Below, piece by piece: positions 1 through 7,055 of a stretch of DNA of 28,488 bases. Position 1 is the first letter of the stretch; each line of letters starts with the position of its first letter. The position numbers and the translations under genes are program-made. This DNA comes from a virus, in UHGV virus genome UHGV-0289470; one strand, 5' to 3'. The notes under the pieces are model-generated. The model saw nothing but the letters and a program-made list of their open reading frames with translations, did not search any database and was not told where the DNA came from.

Positions 1-120
1 GGAATGGCATCAGACATCAGTCCGATTAGTAGGGCTTTTAAGTATGCGCTTGATGAAATCACAAAGAAAAAATCCCCGGCCGCCACCGAGGATTTTAAGC
101 AAATTGATATGCAATTCTGA
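1..120 (+). CDS. cII: cII-like transcriptional activator, C-terminal fragment (5' end lies outside the window)
   Basis: Frame-1 ORF runs off the left edge and stops at TGA 118-120. Its tail ...ITKKKSPAATEDFKQIDMQF resembles the lambda CII C-terminus as I recall it (..KKRPAATERSEQIQMEF). Position immediately upstream of the replication genes fits. Confidence 0.6.
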   Translation, partial: GMASDISPISRAFKYALDEITKKKSPAATEDFKQIDMQF

Positions 121-143
121 GGTCATTACTGGATCAATCCACA
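64..143 (-). ncRNA. oop: oop-like antisense RNA overlapping the 3' end of cII; ends approximate
   Basis: On the minus strand, revcomp of 100-143 contains GATCCAGTAATGACCTCAGAA, matching the 5' part of lambda oop RNA as recalled. Revcomp of 64-96 forms a GC-rich hairpin (plus-strand arms 69-79 and 86-96, one mismatch) followed by UUUUUUCUUUGU, an intrinsic terminator reading leftward. A CATAAT -10-like hexamer on the minus strand (plus 148-153) sits just upstream of the predicted 5' end. Confidence 0.5.
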
Positions 144-152
144 GGAGTCATT

Positions 153-314
153 ATGACAAAACGTCGTAAGAAATACCAGGAAAAAGAAGAGATTCGACAC
201 CCTGATTCACCTGAGGGATTAGTGGTAGCCGCAGCAAATAACAGGGCGTTCGCAGAGCGCCTTGTTGGTGTTTACAGACTAGCCAAAGCAGGAGTGAAAC
301 ATGGGCGTCGTTAA
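153..314 (+). CDS. hypothetical 53-aa ORF (MTKRRKKYQEKEE...); possibly a recombination remnant rather than a gene
   Basis: ATG 153 preceded by AGGAG (143-147). The flanking sequence caggagtcattATGACAAA matches the lambda cII-O junction as recalled, but the reading frame diverges after three codons and stops at 312-314. Overlaps the predicted oop promoter region. Not in the ORF track (<60 aa). Confidence 0.25.
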   Translation: MTKRRKKYQEKEEIRHPDSPEGLVVAAANNRAFAERLVGVYRLAKAGVKHGRR

Positions 315-363
315 GTTAGCTGATTACAGGCATAACCCTGTACAACATCAGGAGGCATCCAGT

Positions 364-1191
364 ATGGGGTATGTCTCTATACACCGCCAGTTTATGGACA
401 GCAGGCTCTATAAGGACTCTCAGGCAGTACATCTTTGGCTTCACTTAATCCTCAAGGCTAATCACGAATCTACTGTCGTCAATACGGATATCGGGCCGAT
501 AACTGTTGATCGCGGTCAGATGATAACTGGACGCCCGTCGCTGGTCAGAGAAACATTCATCCCCGACAACAAAGTTCGGAGCTTATTACGGACTTTTGAG
601 TCGAAAGGGATGCTTAATATTTGCTCGATGGGGAAGAAATTTAGCCTGTTTACAATCTTTAAATATGACGATTTTCAGGCAAAAAATTGTCCAACGGTTG
701 TCCAACGGTTGTCCAACGCAAACACCAGTAATGGCGCGGCTCTCAGCGGAGATTGTCCAACGGTTGTCCAACGGTTGTCCATAAACAATAATATAAATAA
801 TATCTCTAATACTGACGTATTAGAGAGTACCGCAGCAGACAAAAAGTCTGACAAGAAAAAACCTTCCGTTAGCTGTCAGGATGTTGTCGATGCTTACCAC
901 GAAATCCTTCCTGAAGCGCCAAGAATCCGCGCACTGAATGACAAGCGTAAAAACCAGATCCGAACGTTCTGGCGCAAAGCCGGAGTGATAACCCGCCAGC
1001 TTGACGGGCATGGTTTCACGATGCAGGACTGGAGAAATTATTTGAGCTACGTAGGCGAAAATTGCCGATGGATGTTCGAAGAGCGCCCAAACCATCAACG
1101 CGGAACCGTCTGGCACAAAAAGGGATTTGATTTCCTGCTTAACGATAATACCTACCTGAAAGTTCGTGAGGGTGAACACGATGACCGATAA
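364..1191 (+). CDS. replication initiator (O-like replisome organizer with N-terminal winged-helix domain); the origin is embedded in the gene
   Basis: ORF track 301..1191. I prefer ATG 364 because of a strong AGGAGG at 350-355 and because the N-terminus MGYVSIHRQFMDSRLYKDSQAVHLWLHLILKANHE looks like the start of replisome-organizer N-terminal domains. ATG 301 is an alternative start. Iterons lie in the middle of the ORF, as with lambda O. Stop TAA overlaps the helicase start. Confidence 0.75.
   Translation: MGYVSIHRQFMDSRLYKDSQAVHLWLHLILKANHESTVVNTDIGPITVDRGQMITGRPSLVRETFIPDNKVRSLLRTFESKGMLNICSMGKKFSLFTIFKYDDFQAKNCPTVVQRLSNANTSNGAALSGDCPTVVQRLSINNNINNISNTDVLESTAADKKSDKKKPSVSCQDVVDAYHEILPEAPRIRALNDKRKNQIRTFWRKAGVITRQLDGHGFTMQDWRNYLSYVGENCRWMFEERPNHQRGTVWHKKGFDFLLNDNTYLKVREGEHDDR
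687..785 (+). repeat. origin iterons: two clusters of three tandem 11-bp repeats TTGTCCAACGG (687-719 and 753-785), followed by an AT-rich stretch (781-830)
   Basis: Direct read: ttgtccaacgg ttgtccaacgg ttgtccaacgc ... ttgtccaacgg ttgtccaacgg ttgtccataaa, then aaacaataatataaataatatctctaatactgac. This is ori-like architecture inside the initiator gene; the repeats encode the repeated QRLSNG/CPTVVQRLS peptide segment. Confidence 0.75.
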
Positions 1192-2617
1192 TTTTTATGC
1201 GCCGCCCCATAGCATCGAGGCAGAGCAGGCGGTGATTGGTGGATTGCTTCTGGATGATGACAGCAGTGAGCGCGTCCAGAAAGTTCTGGCGATGCTGAAG
1301 CCTGACTCATTTTACTGCCGGCCACACAAAATCCTTTTCGAAGAAATAACCAGAATGCACCGTGAGCAAAAGCCAGTAGATGGCCTGACGCTTTTCGATG
1401 AACTGGAGCGTAAATCGTTAACGGCGTCTGTTGGCGGTTTTGCTTATATCGCTGAGATCGCAAAGAACACGCCAAGCGCAGCAAACATCGTTGCCTATGC
1501 AATGCAGGTTCGTGAAACCGCAATGGAACGCTACGCCATCAACCGCATGACTGAAGCGACGGAATTGCTCTATTCCCGCAACGGAATGACTGCAACGCAG
1601 AAGTACGAAGCTATTCAGGCGATTTTCACGCAACTGACAGACCATGCAAAAACCGGATCGCGTCGCGGCCTTCGTTCATTTGGTGAGGTCATGGAAGACT
1701 GGGTTAGCGACCTTGAGAAGCGATTTGACCCATCAGGCGAACAACGGGGAATGAGCACAGGGATCCCATCGCTGGACAGGATGCTGTCACCGAAAGGTCT
1801 GGTGAAAGGCTCTCTGTTTGTCATTGGCGCTCGCCCTAAGATGGGGAAAACGACGCTATACAGCCAGATGGCAATCAATTGCGCAGTGCATGAGAAAAAG
1901 CCCGCTTTGATGTTCAGCCTTGAAATGCCAGGTGATCAGATACTGGAAAAACTGGTAGGGCAGAAGTCTGGTGTTAACCCGAATATTTTTTACCTTCCGG
2001 CGACAAATGACGCTGATGACGGCTATCAGGGTGATTACGATGGTGCCTTCAACAGGGCGATCGAAACAGCTAATCGCTTGAGTGAAATCGACATGCTTTA
2101 CATCGACGACACGCCGGGATTATCTCTGGCTCAAATCGTCAGCGAAAGCCGTCGAATCAAGCGAGAAAAAGGATGTGTTGGCATGATTCTGGTCGATTAC
2201 CTGACACTAATGACCGCTGAGAAGGCCGATCGCAACGACCTTGCTTACGGCATGATCACCAAAGGACTGAAGAACCTTGCCAAAGAGCTTGATTGCGTTG
2301 TTGTGCTTCTGACGCAGCTTAACCGCGCACTGGAAAGCCGAACCAATAAACGCCCATTACCAAGTGACTCACGAGATACAGGGCAGATTGAACAGGATTG
2401 CGATTATTGGGTTGGGATCCATCGTGAAGGCGCTTTTGATGACAGTGTTCCACCTGGTGAAACCGAACTAATCCTTCGTCTCAATCGTCATGGCAATACC
2501 GGTACGGTGTATTGCATTCAGGCAAATGGCGCTATTTATGACACAGACCAACAGTCTGCTGAAATTCGCCGCCGTGAACGCGAGGAACCGCAGTCCAAGA
2601 AGAAAGGGGGATTCTGA
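1181..2617 (+). CDS. DnaB-family replicative DNA helicase (P22 gene 12-like)
   Basis: ORF track 1166..2617; ATG 1181 overlaps the initiator stop. Walker A GARPKMGKTT, N-terminal DnaB-like domain (HSIEAEQAVIGGLLLD), length about 478 aa. Confidence 0.9.
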   Translation: MTDNFYAPPHSIEAEQAVIGGLLLDDDSSERVQKVLAMLKPDSFYCRPHKILFEEITRMHREQKPVDGLTLFDELERKSLTASVGGFAYIAEIAKNTPSAANIVAYAMQVRETAMERYAINRMTEATELLYSRNGMTATQKYEAIQAIFTQLTDHAKTGSRRGLRSFGEVMEDWVSDLEKRFDPSGEQRGMSTGIPSLDRMLSPKGLVKGSLFVIGARPKMGKTTLYSQMAINCAVHEKKPALMFSLEMPGDQILEKLVGQKSGVNPNIFYLPATNDADDGYQGDYDGAFNRAIETANRLSEIDMLYIDDTPGLSLAQIVSESRRIKREKGCVGMILVDYLTLMTAEKADRNDLAYGMITKGLKNLAKELDCVVVLLTQLNRALESRTNKRPLPSDSRDTGQIEQDCDYWVGIHREGAFDDSVPPGETELILRLNRHGNTGTVYCIQANGAIYDTDQQSAEIRRREREEPQSKKKGGF

Positions 2618-2646
2618 TGACCATCTACATCACTGAGCTAATAACA

Positions 2647-2677
2647 GGGGCTATTTACACAGTAGCCCTTTTTTATT
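2647..2677 (+). terminator. rho-independent terminator downstream of the helicase gene (tR2-like position)
   Basis: Stem GGGCTA (2648-2653) / TAGCCC (2663-2668), 9-nt loop, then TTTTTTATT (2669-2677). Confidence 0.55.
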
Positions 2678-2701
2678 GGATTGGAAGTGAGAGGTAATAG
2701 C

Positions 2702-2869
2702 GTGAGTGAACCATCTAAACATACGCAGTATTTCCCATTCTGCCAGCGTCATATTGAGCCTGAGCGAGATGATTTAGGCGATCTGTACATTACACATGAA
2801 GGCGGATTTATTTATGTGCACGACGAAGTACTACACGATGACGATTACACATTTACGCCACTTAACTAA
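2702..2869 (+). CDS. hypothetical small acidic protein (accessory slot)
   Basis: ORF track 2681..2869 (TTG start). GTG 2702 with GAGG at 2691-2694 is the more plausible start. No recognisable domain. Confidence 0.35.
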   Translation: MSEPSKHTQYFPFCQRHIEPERDDLGDLYITHEGGFIYVHDEVLHDDDYTFTPLN

Positions 2870-2893
2870 CATCCAGCACTCTGATGGAGAGGA

Positions 2894-3094
2894 ATGATGA
2901 CAACGATTGGCGTTCTTTACGACGAGTGGACGAAAGAGCGATTCAGGCGTCATTACAAGATGGCAAAGGTCATCCGCAACAAGCCCTATCGCAATGACTA
3001 CCGCAAGGTCATGGCAAAAAACATGCAGAAGAATATCGACAAGATATTCCCACGTGGAAAGGCCGTTTGGCGCTTACTTAAAAACGAGTGGTGA
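2894..3094 (+). CDS. hypothetical small basic protein (accessory slot)
   Basis: ORF track; ATG 2894 or 2897 after GGAGAGG (2886-2892). Lys/Arg-rich 66 aa, no recognisable domain. Confidence 0.45.
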   Translation: MMTTIGVLYDEWTKERFRRHYKMAKVIRNKPYRNDYRKVMAKNMQKNIDKIFPRGKAVWRLLKNEW

Positions 3095-3105
3095 TGGAGA
3101 GGAAT

Positions 3106-3459
3106 ATGGACGAATCAAGAAAGTCTTTCGAGCAATGGGCATCAAAGCAATTCAATATCTCAGTAGAGGAAATTGTTAATAAGCGAATGCTGGGTGATTA
3201 CCTGCACAACCCAGACTTACATAATGCATGGCAAGCATGGATAGATAGCAGGGCGGCAATAGAAATTGAGCTACCAAAGCCTCATGCACATCTTATATGG
3301 ATTCAGGCTGGTCATGCGCCTGACGATTATTGGGATGATGTGGCGGTGTCATATAGCGAAAAGGATAAATGCTGCGACGGTTCAGACCGCTATCCTGTGC
3401 ATGCTGGATGGGAAATTGAAGAGGTTCTTCGCGCCGCTGGAATCAAAGTGAAGGAGTAA
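3106..3459 (+). CDS. hypothetical protein, about 117 aa (accessory slot)
   Basis: ORF track 3088..3459. ATG 3106 follows GGAGAGG (3096-3102); ATG 3094 (overlapping the upstream stop) is an alternative. No recognisable domain. Confidence 0.5.
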   Translation: MDESRKSFEQWASKQFNISVEEIVNKRMLGDYLHNPDLHNAWQAWIDSRAAIEIELPKPHAHLIWIQAGHAPDDYWDDVAVSYSEKDKCCDGSDRYPVHAGWEIEEVLRAAGIKVKE

Positions 3460-3461
3460 CG

Positions 3462-3908
3462 ATGAAGCAAATATACATACTTCGCAACGAAGCAATCAGA
3501 AATAACGCCATAGACGCCATTCTCTCACTACCCATCGACGGCAAGTCACCCCACGAAGTCCACGTTAGAGAACCCAAACGCAGCAAAGCGCAGAATGACC
3601 GTATGTGGCCGATGCTGAACGATGTTTCTCGTCAGGTGCTATGGCATGGTCAACGGCTGGCACCGGAAGACTGGAAAGACCTGTTCACTGCCCTGTGGCT
3701 TAAGACCAAAAAACTGGAGCAACGAAGTGTGCCTGGTATCGACGGTGGCGTAGTCATGCTTGGCGTGCGTACCAGCAAAATGCGAAAGGCCAGCATGACT
3801 GAGCTTATCGAAATCATGTTCTGGTTCGGCTCAGAGCGCAACGTGCGGTGGAGTGATGACTCCCGGCGAGAGTATGAATGGTCACAACGAAAAGGTAGGG
3901 ATGCATGA
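3462..3908 (+). CDS. ninB: NinB/Orf-family recombination protein
   Basis: Strong AAGGAG RBS at 3451-3456. The translation shares the lambda NinB pattern as recalled (..QNDRMW..L.DVSRQV.WHG..L..E.WK..FTA..). Confidence 0.8.
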   Translation: MKQIYILRNEAIRNNAIDAILSLPIDGKSPHEVHVREPKRSKAQNDRMWPMLNDVSRQVLWHGQRLAPEDWKDLFTALWLKTKKLEQRSVPGIDGGVVMLGVRTSKMRKASMTELIEIMFWFGSERNVRWSDDSRREYEWSQRKGRDA

Positions 3909-4432
3909 CTATCAAATCAAATACGCCAGCGTCAGATAGGTATCGGCTTATTGAGGATTATCTGTATTTAGACGGAGATACAGTCAGATACAAAAAGGAC
4001 TCGCTAAAACACCCCAACCACAGCCACCGGGCAGGAGATGAAATTAAAACATCGATAAATGGATCTGGGTATAGACAGGTGTGTTTTGCAGGCATTCAGA
4101 TGTTTGTTCACGTAGTTGTTTTTGCGCTGCACAACAAAAGAATGCCATTGAAAAATATTGACCATATTAACGGAAACAGGCTGGACAATTCCCCAAAAAA
4201 TCTTAGGGAGGCAGGCCGGATAGCAAACAGCCGAAATCAGAAAACTAAGTGCAATAGCCGTTCTGGAATAAAAAATGTTTTATGGAACAAGCAAAAAAAT
4301 AAATGGGCCGTTCAAGTGCGCACAGATTTTGGCCGGTTGTATTTTGGGCTCTATGAAGATCTTGAACTTGCTTGTTTGGTTGCCAGTGAGGCTATCAACA
4401 AATATCACGGACAATATGCGAAGGTTGTATGA
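3905..4432 (+). CDS. HNH homing-type endonuclease with C-terminal AP2-like DNA-binding domain
   Basis: HNH motif ..NIDHINGNRLDNSPKNLR..; C-terminal segment KWAVQVRTDFGRLYFGLYEDLELACLVASEAINKYHG is typical of AP2 domains. ATG overlaps the ninB stop (ATGA). Confidence 0.7.
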   Translation: MTIKSNTPASDRYRLIEDYLYLDGDTVRYKKDSLKHPNHSHRAGDEIKTSINGSGYRQVCFAGIQMFVHVVVFALHNKRMPLKNIDHINGNRLDNSPKNLREAGRIANSRNQKTKCNSRSGIKNVLWNKQKNKWAVQVRTDFGRLYFGLYEDLELACLVASEAINKYHGQYAKVV

Positions 4433-4959
4433 TTAAGCATAAATCAGAAACACCAAAAGAAGTTAGAGACTGCTGGCAAACGCCGCTTTGGCTTTTTGAT
4501 GCACTGGATATTGAGTTTGGATTCTGGCTGGATTCGGCAGCGAGCGACAAAAATGCTCTGTGCGCTCACTGGTTAACTGAGGCCGACGACGCGCTAAATT
4601 CTGAGTGGATAAGCCACGGTGCAATCTGGAATAACCCACCGTACAGCAATATCAGGCCGTGGGTGGGAAAAGCCGCTGAGCAGTGCATACAACAGCGACA
4701 GACGATAGTGATGCTTGTGCCAGAGGATATGTCTGTCGGATGGTTCAGCAAGGCTCTGGAGAGTATTGACGAAGTTCGCATCATTACTGATGGACGGATT
4801 AATTTTATCGAACCATCGACAGGGCTGGAGAAGAAGGGAAACAGCAAAGGCTCAATGCTACTGATTTGGCGACCGTTCATCAGTCCTCGACGGATGTTTA
4901 CTACCGTATCCAAAGCGGCATTGATGGCGATCGGGCAGGGCGTCAGGAGGGCGGCATGA
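4429..4959 (+). CDS. phage DNA N6-adenine methyltransferase (Dam-like, NPPY motif)
   Basis: Motifs [15 protein letters not shown]...DSAAS...NPPYS are typical of the phage N-6-adenine-methyltransferase family. Start overlaps the HNH stop. Confidence 0.7.
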   Translation: MIKHKSETPKEVRDCWQTPLWLFDALDIEFGFWLDSAASDKNALCAHWLTEADDALNSEWISHGAIWNNPPYSNIRPWVGKAAEQCIQQRQTIVMLVPEDMSVGWFSKALESIDEVRIITDGRINFIEPSTGLEKKGNSKGSMLLIWRPFISPRRMFTTVSKAALMAIGQGVRRAA

Positions 4960-5138
4960 GGCGACAGCGACGAAGTATCACCGACATAATCTGTGAAAAC
5001 TGCAAATACCTTCCAACGAAACGCTCCAGAAATAAACGCAAGCCAATCCCAAAAGAATCTGACGTAAAAACCTTCAACTACACGGCTCACCTGTGGGATA
5101 TCCGGTGGCTTAGAGAACGTGCGAGGAAAACAAGGTGA
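4956..5138 (+). CDS. ninE: NinE
   Basis: Nested in ORF track entry 4866..5138. ATG 4956 with CAGGAGGG RBS. Product [52 protein letters not shown].. matches lambda NinE as recalled. Confidence 0.7.
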   Translation: MRRQRRSITDIICENCKYLPTKRSRNKRKPIPKESDVKTFNYTAHLWDIRWLRERARKTR

Positions 5139-5305
5139 TTGACCAAAATCGAAGTTACGAACAAGGAAGTGTCGAGCGAGCTTTAACGTGCGCTAACTGC
5201 GGTCAGAAGCTGCATGTGCTGGAAGTTCACGTGTGCTCCGATTGCTGCGCAGAACTGATGAGCGATCCGAATAGCTCAATGTACGAGGAAGAAGACGATG
5301 AGTGA
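5135..5305 (+). CDS. ninF: NinF
   Basis: Not in the ORF track (GTG start, 56 aa). GTG 5135 overlaps the ninE stop; GAGGA RBS at 5123-5127. Product [56 protein letters not shown] matches lambda NinF as recalled. Confidence 0.6.
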   Translation: MIDQNRSYEQGSVERALTCANCGQKLHVLEVHVCSDCCAELMSDPNSSMYEEEDDE

Positions 5306-5510
5306 TTACCTGAAATGGTATCTCTGCCACCGCTGGTTAATTAAGTTTGCTGTAAAAGACTGGATGACTGCGGATGCCAACAAGCTTAAACAACGAAAGG
5401 ACTATTACTACGCCAGAATGAAGGAAAACTACTGCTCAATCCGCACTCGCATATTTATTAAAAAAGACCTTCAGTCAATTCTTCAATTGCGAGGGAAGGT
5501 AAATGGCTAA
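5298..5510 (+). CDS. hypothetical 70-aa protein occupying the position where lambda has ninG
   Basis: ORF track; overlaps ninF by 8 nt. No recognisable domain. Confidence 0.4.
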   Translation: MSDYLKWYLCHRWLIKFAVKDWMTADANKLKQRKDYYYARMKENYCSIRTRIFIKKDLQSILQLRGKVNG

Positions 5511-5793
5511 TCTACGCAAAGAAGCGCGCGGCAGAGAATGCCAGGTACGTATTTACGGCATATGCAATGGCAATCCTGAAACTACAGTTCTGGCACATTA
5601 CCGGATGGCTGGAATTTGCGGAACGGGAATGAAACCTGACGACCTGATCGGCGCATGGGCTTGTAGTGACTGCCACGCGGAGATCGACCGACGCACCCAT
5701 AATCTCGACAACAAAGACGCCAGACTTTACCACCTCGAAGGCGTGATCAGGACGCAGGCGATACTACTGAAGGAGGGGAAGATTAAGCCATGA
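5503..5793 (+). CDS. YbcO-like DUF1364 protein (putative Cys-rich metal-binding nuclease)
   Basis: 96 aa, MANLRKEARGRECQVRIYGICNGNPETTVLAHYRMAG..CSDCHAEIDRR, the conserved pattern of DLP12 YbcO-type proteins. GAGGGAAGG RBS. Confidence 0.65.
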   Translation: MANLRKEARGRECQVRIYGICNGNPETTVLAHYRMAGICGTGMKPDDLIGAWACSDCHAEIDRRTHNLDNKDARLYHLEGVIRTQAILLKEGKIKP

Positions 5794-6152
5794 ACGAATA
5801 TCAGTTTGTGCTTCCATACCCACCGTCGCTGAATACCTACTGGCGAAGACGGGGAAGCCAATACTACATCAGCGATAAAGGCCAGAAATACCGAAAAGAC
5901 GTTCAGCAAATCATCCGCCAACTTAAGTTAGACATTTTCACCAAATCACGACTCCGCATCAAAGTCATCGCAGACGTTCCAGACTCCCGCCGCCGCGACC
6001 TCGACAACATCCTGAAAGGTTTACTCGACTCCCTTATCCACGCCGGATTTGCGGAAGACGACGAGCAATTCGATGACATTCGCGTAATTCGTGGTGTGAA
6101 AGTACCAGGCGGACGGCTTGGAATAAAAATCACCGAACTGGAGAACGTATGA
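5790..6152 (+). CDS. rusA: RusA Holliday-junction resolvase
   Basis: 120 aa; LPYPPSLNTYWRR...RRRDLDNILKGLLDSL...GGRLGIKITELE matches the RusA family closely. Confidence 0.85.
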   Translation: MNEYQFVLPYPPSLNTYWRRRGSQYYISDKGQKYRKDVQQIIRQLKLDIFTKSRLRIKVIADVPDSRRRDLDNILKGLLDSLIHAGFAEDDEQFDDIRVIRGVKVPGGRLGIKITELENV

Positions 6153-6283
6153 ACAAAGCATTCGAACGATATATGCGCCAGCGTTATGGCAATCGCTACG
6201 ATCTTTCCCGCGATATTAGCGGTTTCTACTGCCGTGAGGTTGTGAAACGAATGTTTGAAGTGTGGTGTCATTGCAAAGGATAG
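6149..6283 (+). CDS. small YlcG-like protein (44 aa)
   Basis: Not in the ORF track. ATG 6149 overlaps the rusA stop (ATGA), GGAG at 6140-6143, stop TAG 6281-6283. It sits where DLP12-type prophages carry ylcG, between rusA and the Q gene. Confidence 0.4.
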   Translation: MNKAFERYMRQRYGNRYDLSRDISGFYCREVVKRMFEVWCHCKG

Positions 6284-6294
6284 AGGGGAAGACG

Positions 6295-6918
6295 ATGAGA
6301 CTCGAAAGTGTAGCTAAATTTCATTCGCCAAAAAGCCCGATGATGAGCGACTCACCACGGGCCACGGCTTCTGACTCTCTTTCCGGTACTGATGTGATGG
6401 CTGCTATGGGGATGGCGCAATCACAAGCTGGATTCGGAATGGCTGCATTCTGCGGTAAGCATGAACTCAGCCAGAACGACAAACAAAAGGCTATCAACTA
6501 TCTGATGCAATTTGCACACAAGGTATCGGGGAAATACCGTGGTGTGGCAAAGCTCGAAGGAAATACTAAGGCAAAGGTACTGCAAGTGCTCGCAACATTC
6601 GCTTATGCGGATTATTGCCGTAGTGCCGCGACGCCGGGGGCAAGATGCAGAGATTGCCACGGTACAGGCCGTGCGGTTGATATAGCCAAAACGGAGCAGT
6701 GGGGGAGAGTTGTTGAGAAAGAGTGCGGAAGATGCAAAGGTGTCGGCTATTCAAGAATGCCAGCAAGCGCCGCATATCGCGCTGTGACGATGCTAATCCC
6801 AAACCTTACCCAACCCACCTGGTCACGCACTGTTAAGCCTCTGTATGACGCTCTGGTGGTGCAATGCCACAAAGAAGAGTCAATCGCAGACAACATTTTG
6901 AATGCGGTCACACGTTAG
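6295..6918 (+). CDS. Q: late-gene antiterminator Q (lambda Q type)
   Basis: ORF track 6262..6918. From ATG 6295 (GAGGGG RBS) the product MRLESVAKFHSPKSPMMSDSPRATASDS... matches lambda Q as recalled almost residue for residue, including the zinc-finger cysteines CRDCHGTG...CGRCKG. Confidence 0.9.
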   Translation: MRLESVAKFHSPKSPMMSDSPRATASDSLSGTDVMAAMGMAQSQAGFGMAAFCGKHELSQNDKQKAINYLMQFAHKVSGKYRGVAKLEGNTKAKVLQVLATFAYADYCRSAATPGARCRDCHGTGRAVDIAKTEQWGRVVEKECGRCKGVGYSRMPASAAYRAVTMLIPNLTQPTWSRTVKPLYDALVVQCHKEESIADNILNAVTR

Positions 6919-6960
6919 CAGCATGATTGCCACGGATGGCAACATATTAACGGCATGATA

Positions 6961-6989
6961 TTGACTTTTTGAATAAAGTTGGGTAAATT
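6961..6989 (+). promoter_or_regulatory. late promoter pR' with overlapping Q-utilisation (qut) region
   Basis: TTGACT (6961-6966), 17-bp spacer, TAAATT (6984-6989). The surrounding sequence acggcatgatattgact..gaataaa.ttgggtaaatttgactcaacgatgg is near-identical to lambda pR' as recalled. Confidence 0.65.
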
Positions 6990-7025
6990 TGACTCAACGA
7001 TGGATAAATGCACTCGTTAAATAAA

Positions 7026-7055
7026 GCCCTGAGTTAATAGCTCGGGGCTTTTTTT
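7026..7055 (+). terminator. tR'-like intrinsic terminator ending a short (about 60 nt) 6S-like leader RNA
   Basis: Stem GCCCTGAG (7026-7033) / CTCGGGGC (7041-7048) with one G-U pair, then TTTTTTT (7049-7055). Followed by tatctgcacaacag, as after lambda tR'. Confidence 0.6.

Noticed and set aside
586-784. ORFs 586..771 (-) and 596..784 (+) with repeated QRLSNG-type peptides
   Set aside because: These are artefacts of translating the iteron repeats in other frames; they are nested in the initiator gene.
687-785. Tandem direct repeats that could be mistaken for a CRISPR array
   Set aside because: The repeats are 11 bp, directly abutting with no spacers, lie inside a replication initiator ORF and are followed by an AT-rich tract. 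This is an origin iteron array, not CRISPR.
820-1878. Minus-strand ORFs 820..1179, 1152..1523, 1418..1645 and 1615..1878
   Set aside because: They lie antisense to the well-supported initiator and helicase genes, with no RBS or domain support; this is typical antisense noise in GC-rich coding sequence.
3905-4959. HNH nuclease plus methyltransferase as a type II restriction-modification system
   Set aside because: The nuclease has the HNH-AP2 homing-endonuclease architecture and the methyltransferase is the small orphan phage Dam type; reported as a finding with that interpretation instead.
4566-5090. Minus-strand 174-aa ORF opposite the methyltransferase and ninE
   Set aside because: It overlaps two + strand genes with recognisable products and has no start or RBS context; antisense artefact.
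6262-6294. Extended Q start at 6262 from the ORF track
   Set aside because: The recalled lambda Q sequence begins at the Met encoded at 6295, which has a good RBS; 6262-6294 overlaps the ylcG-like ORF.
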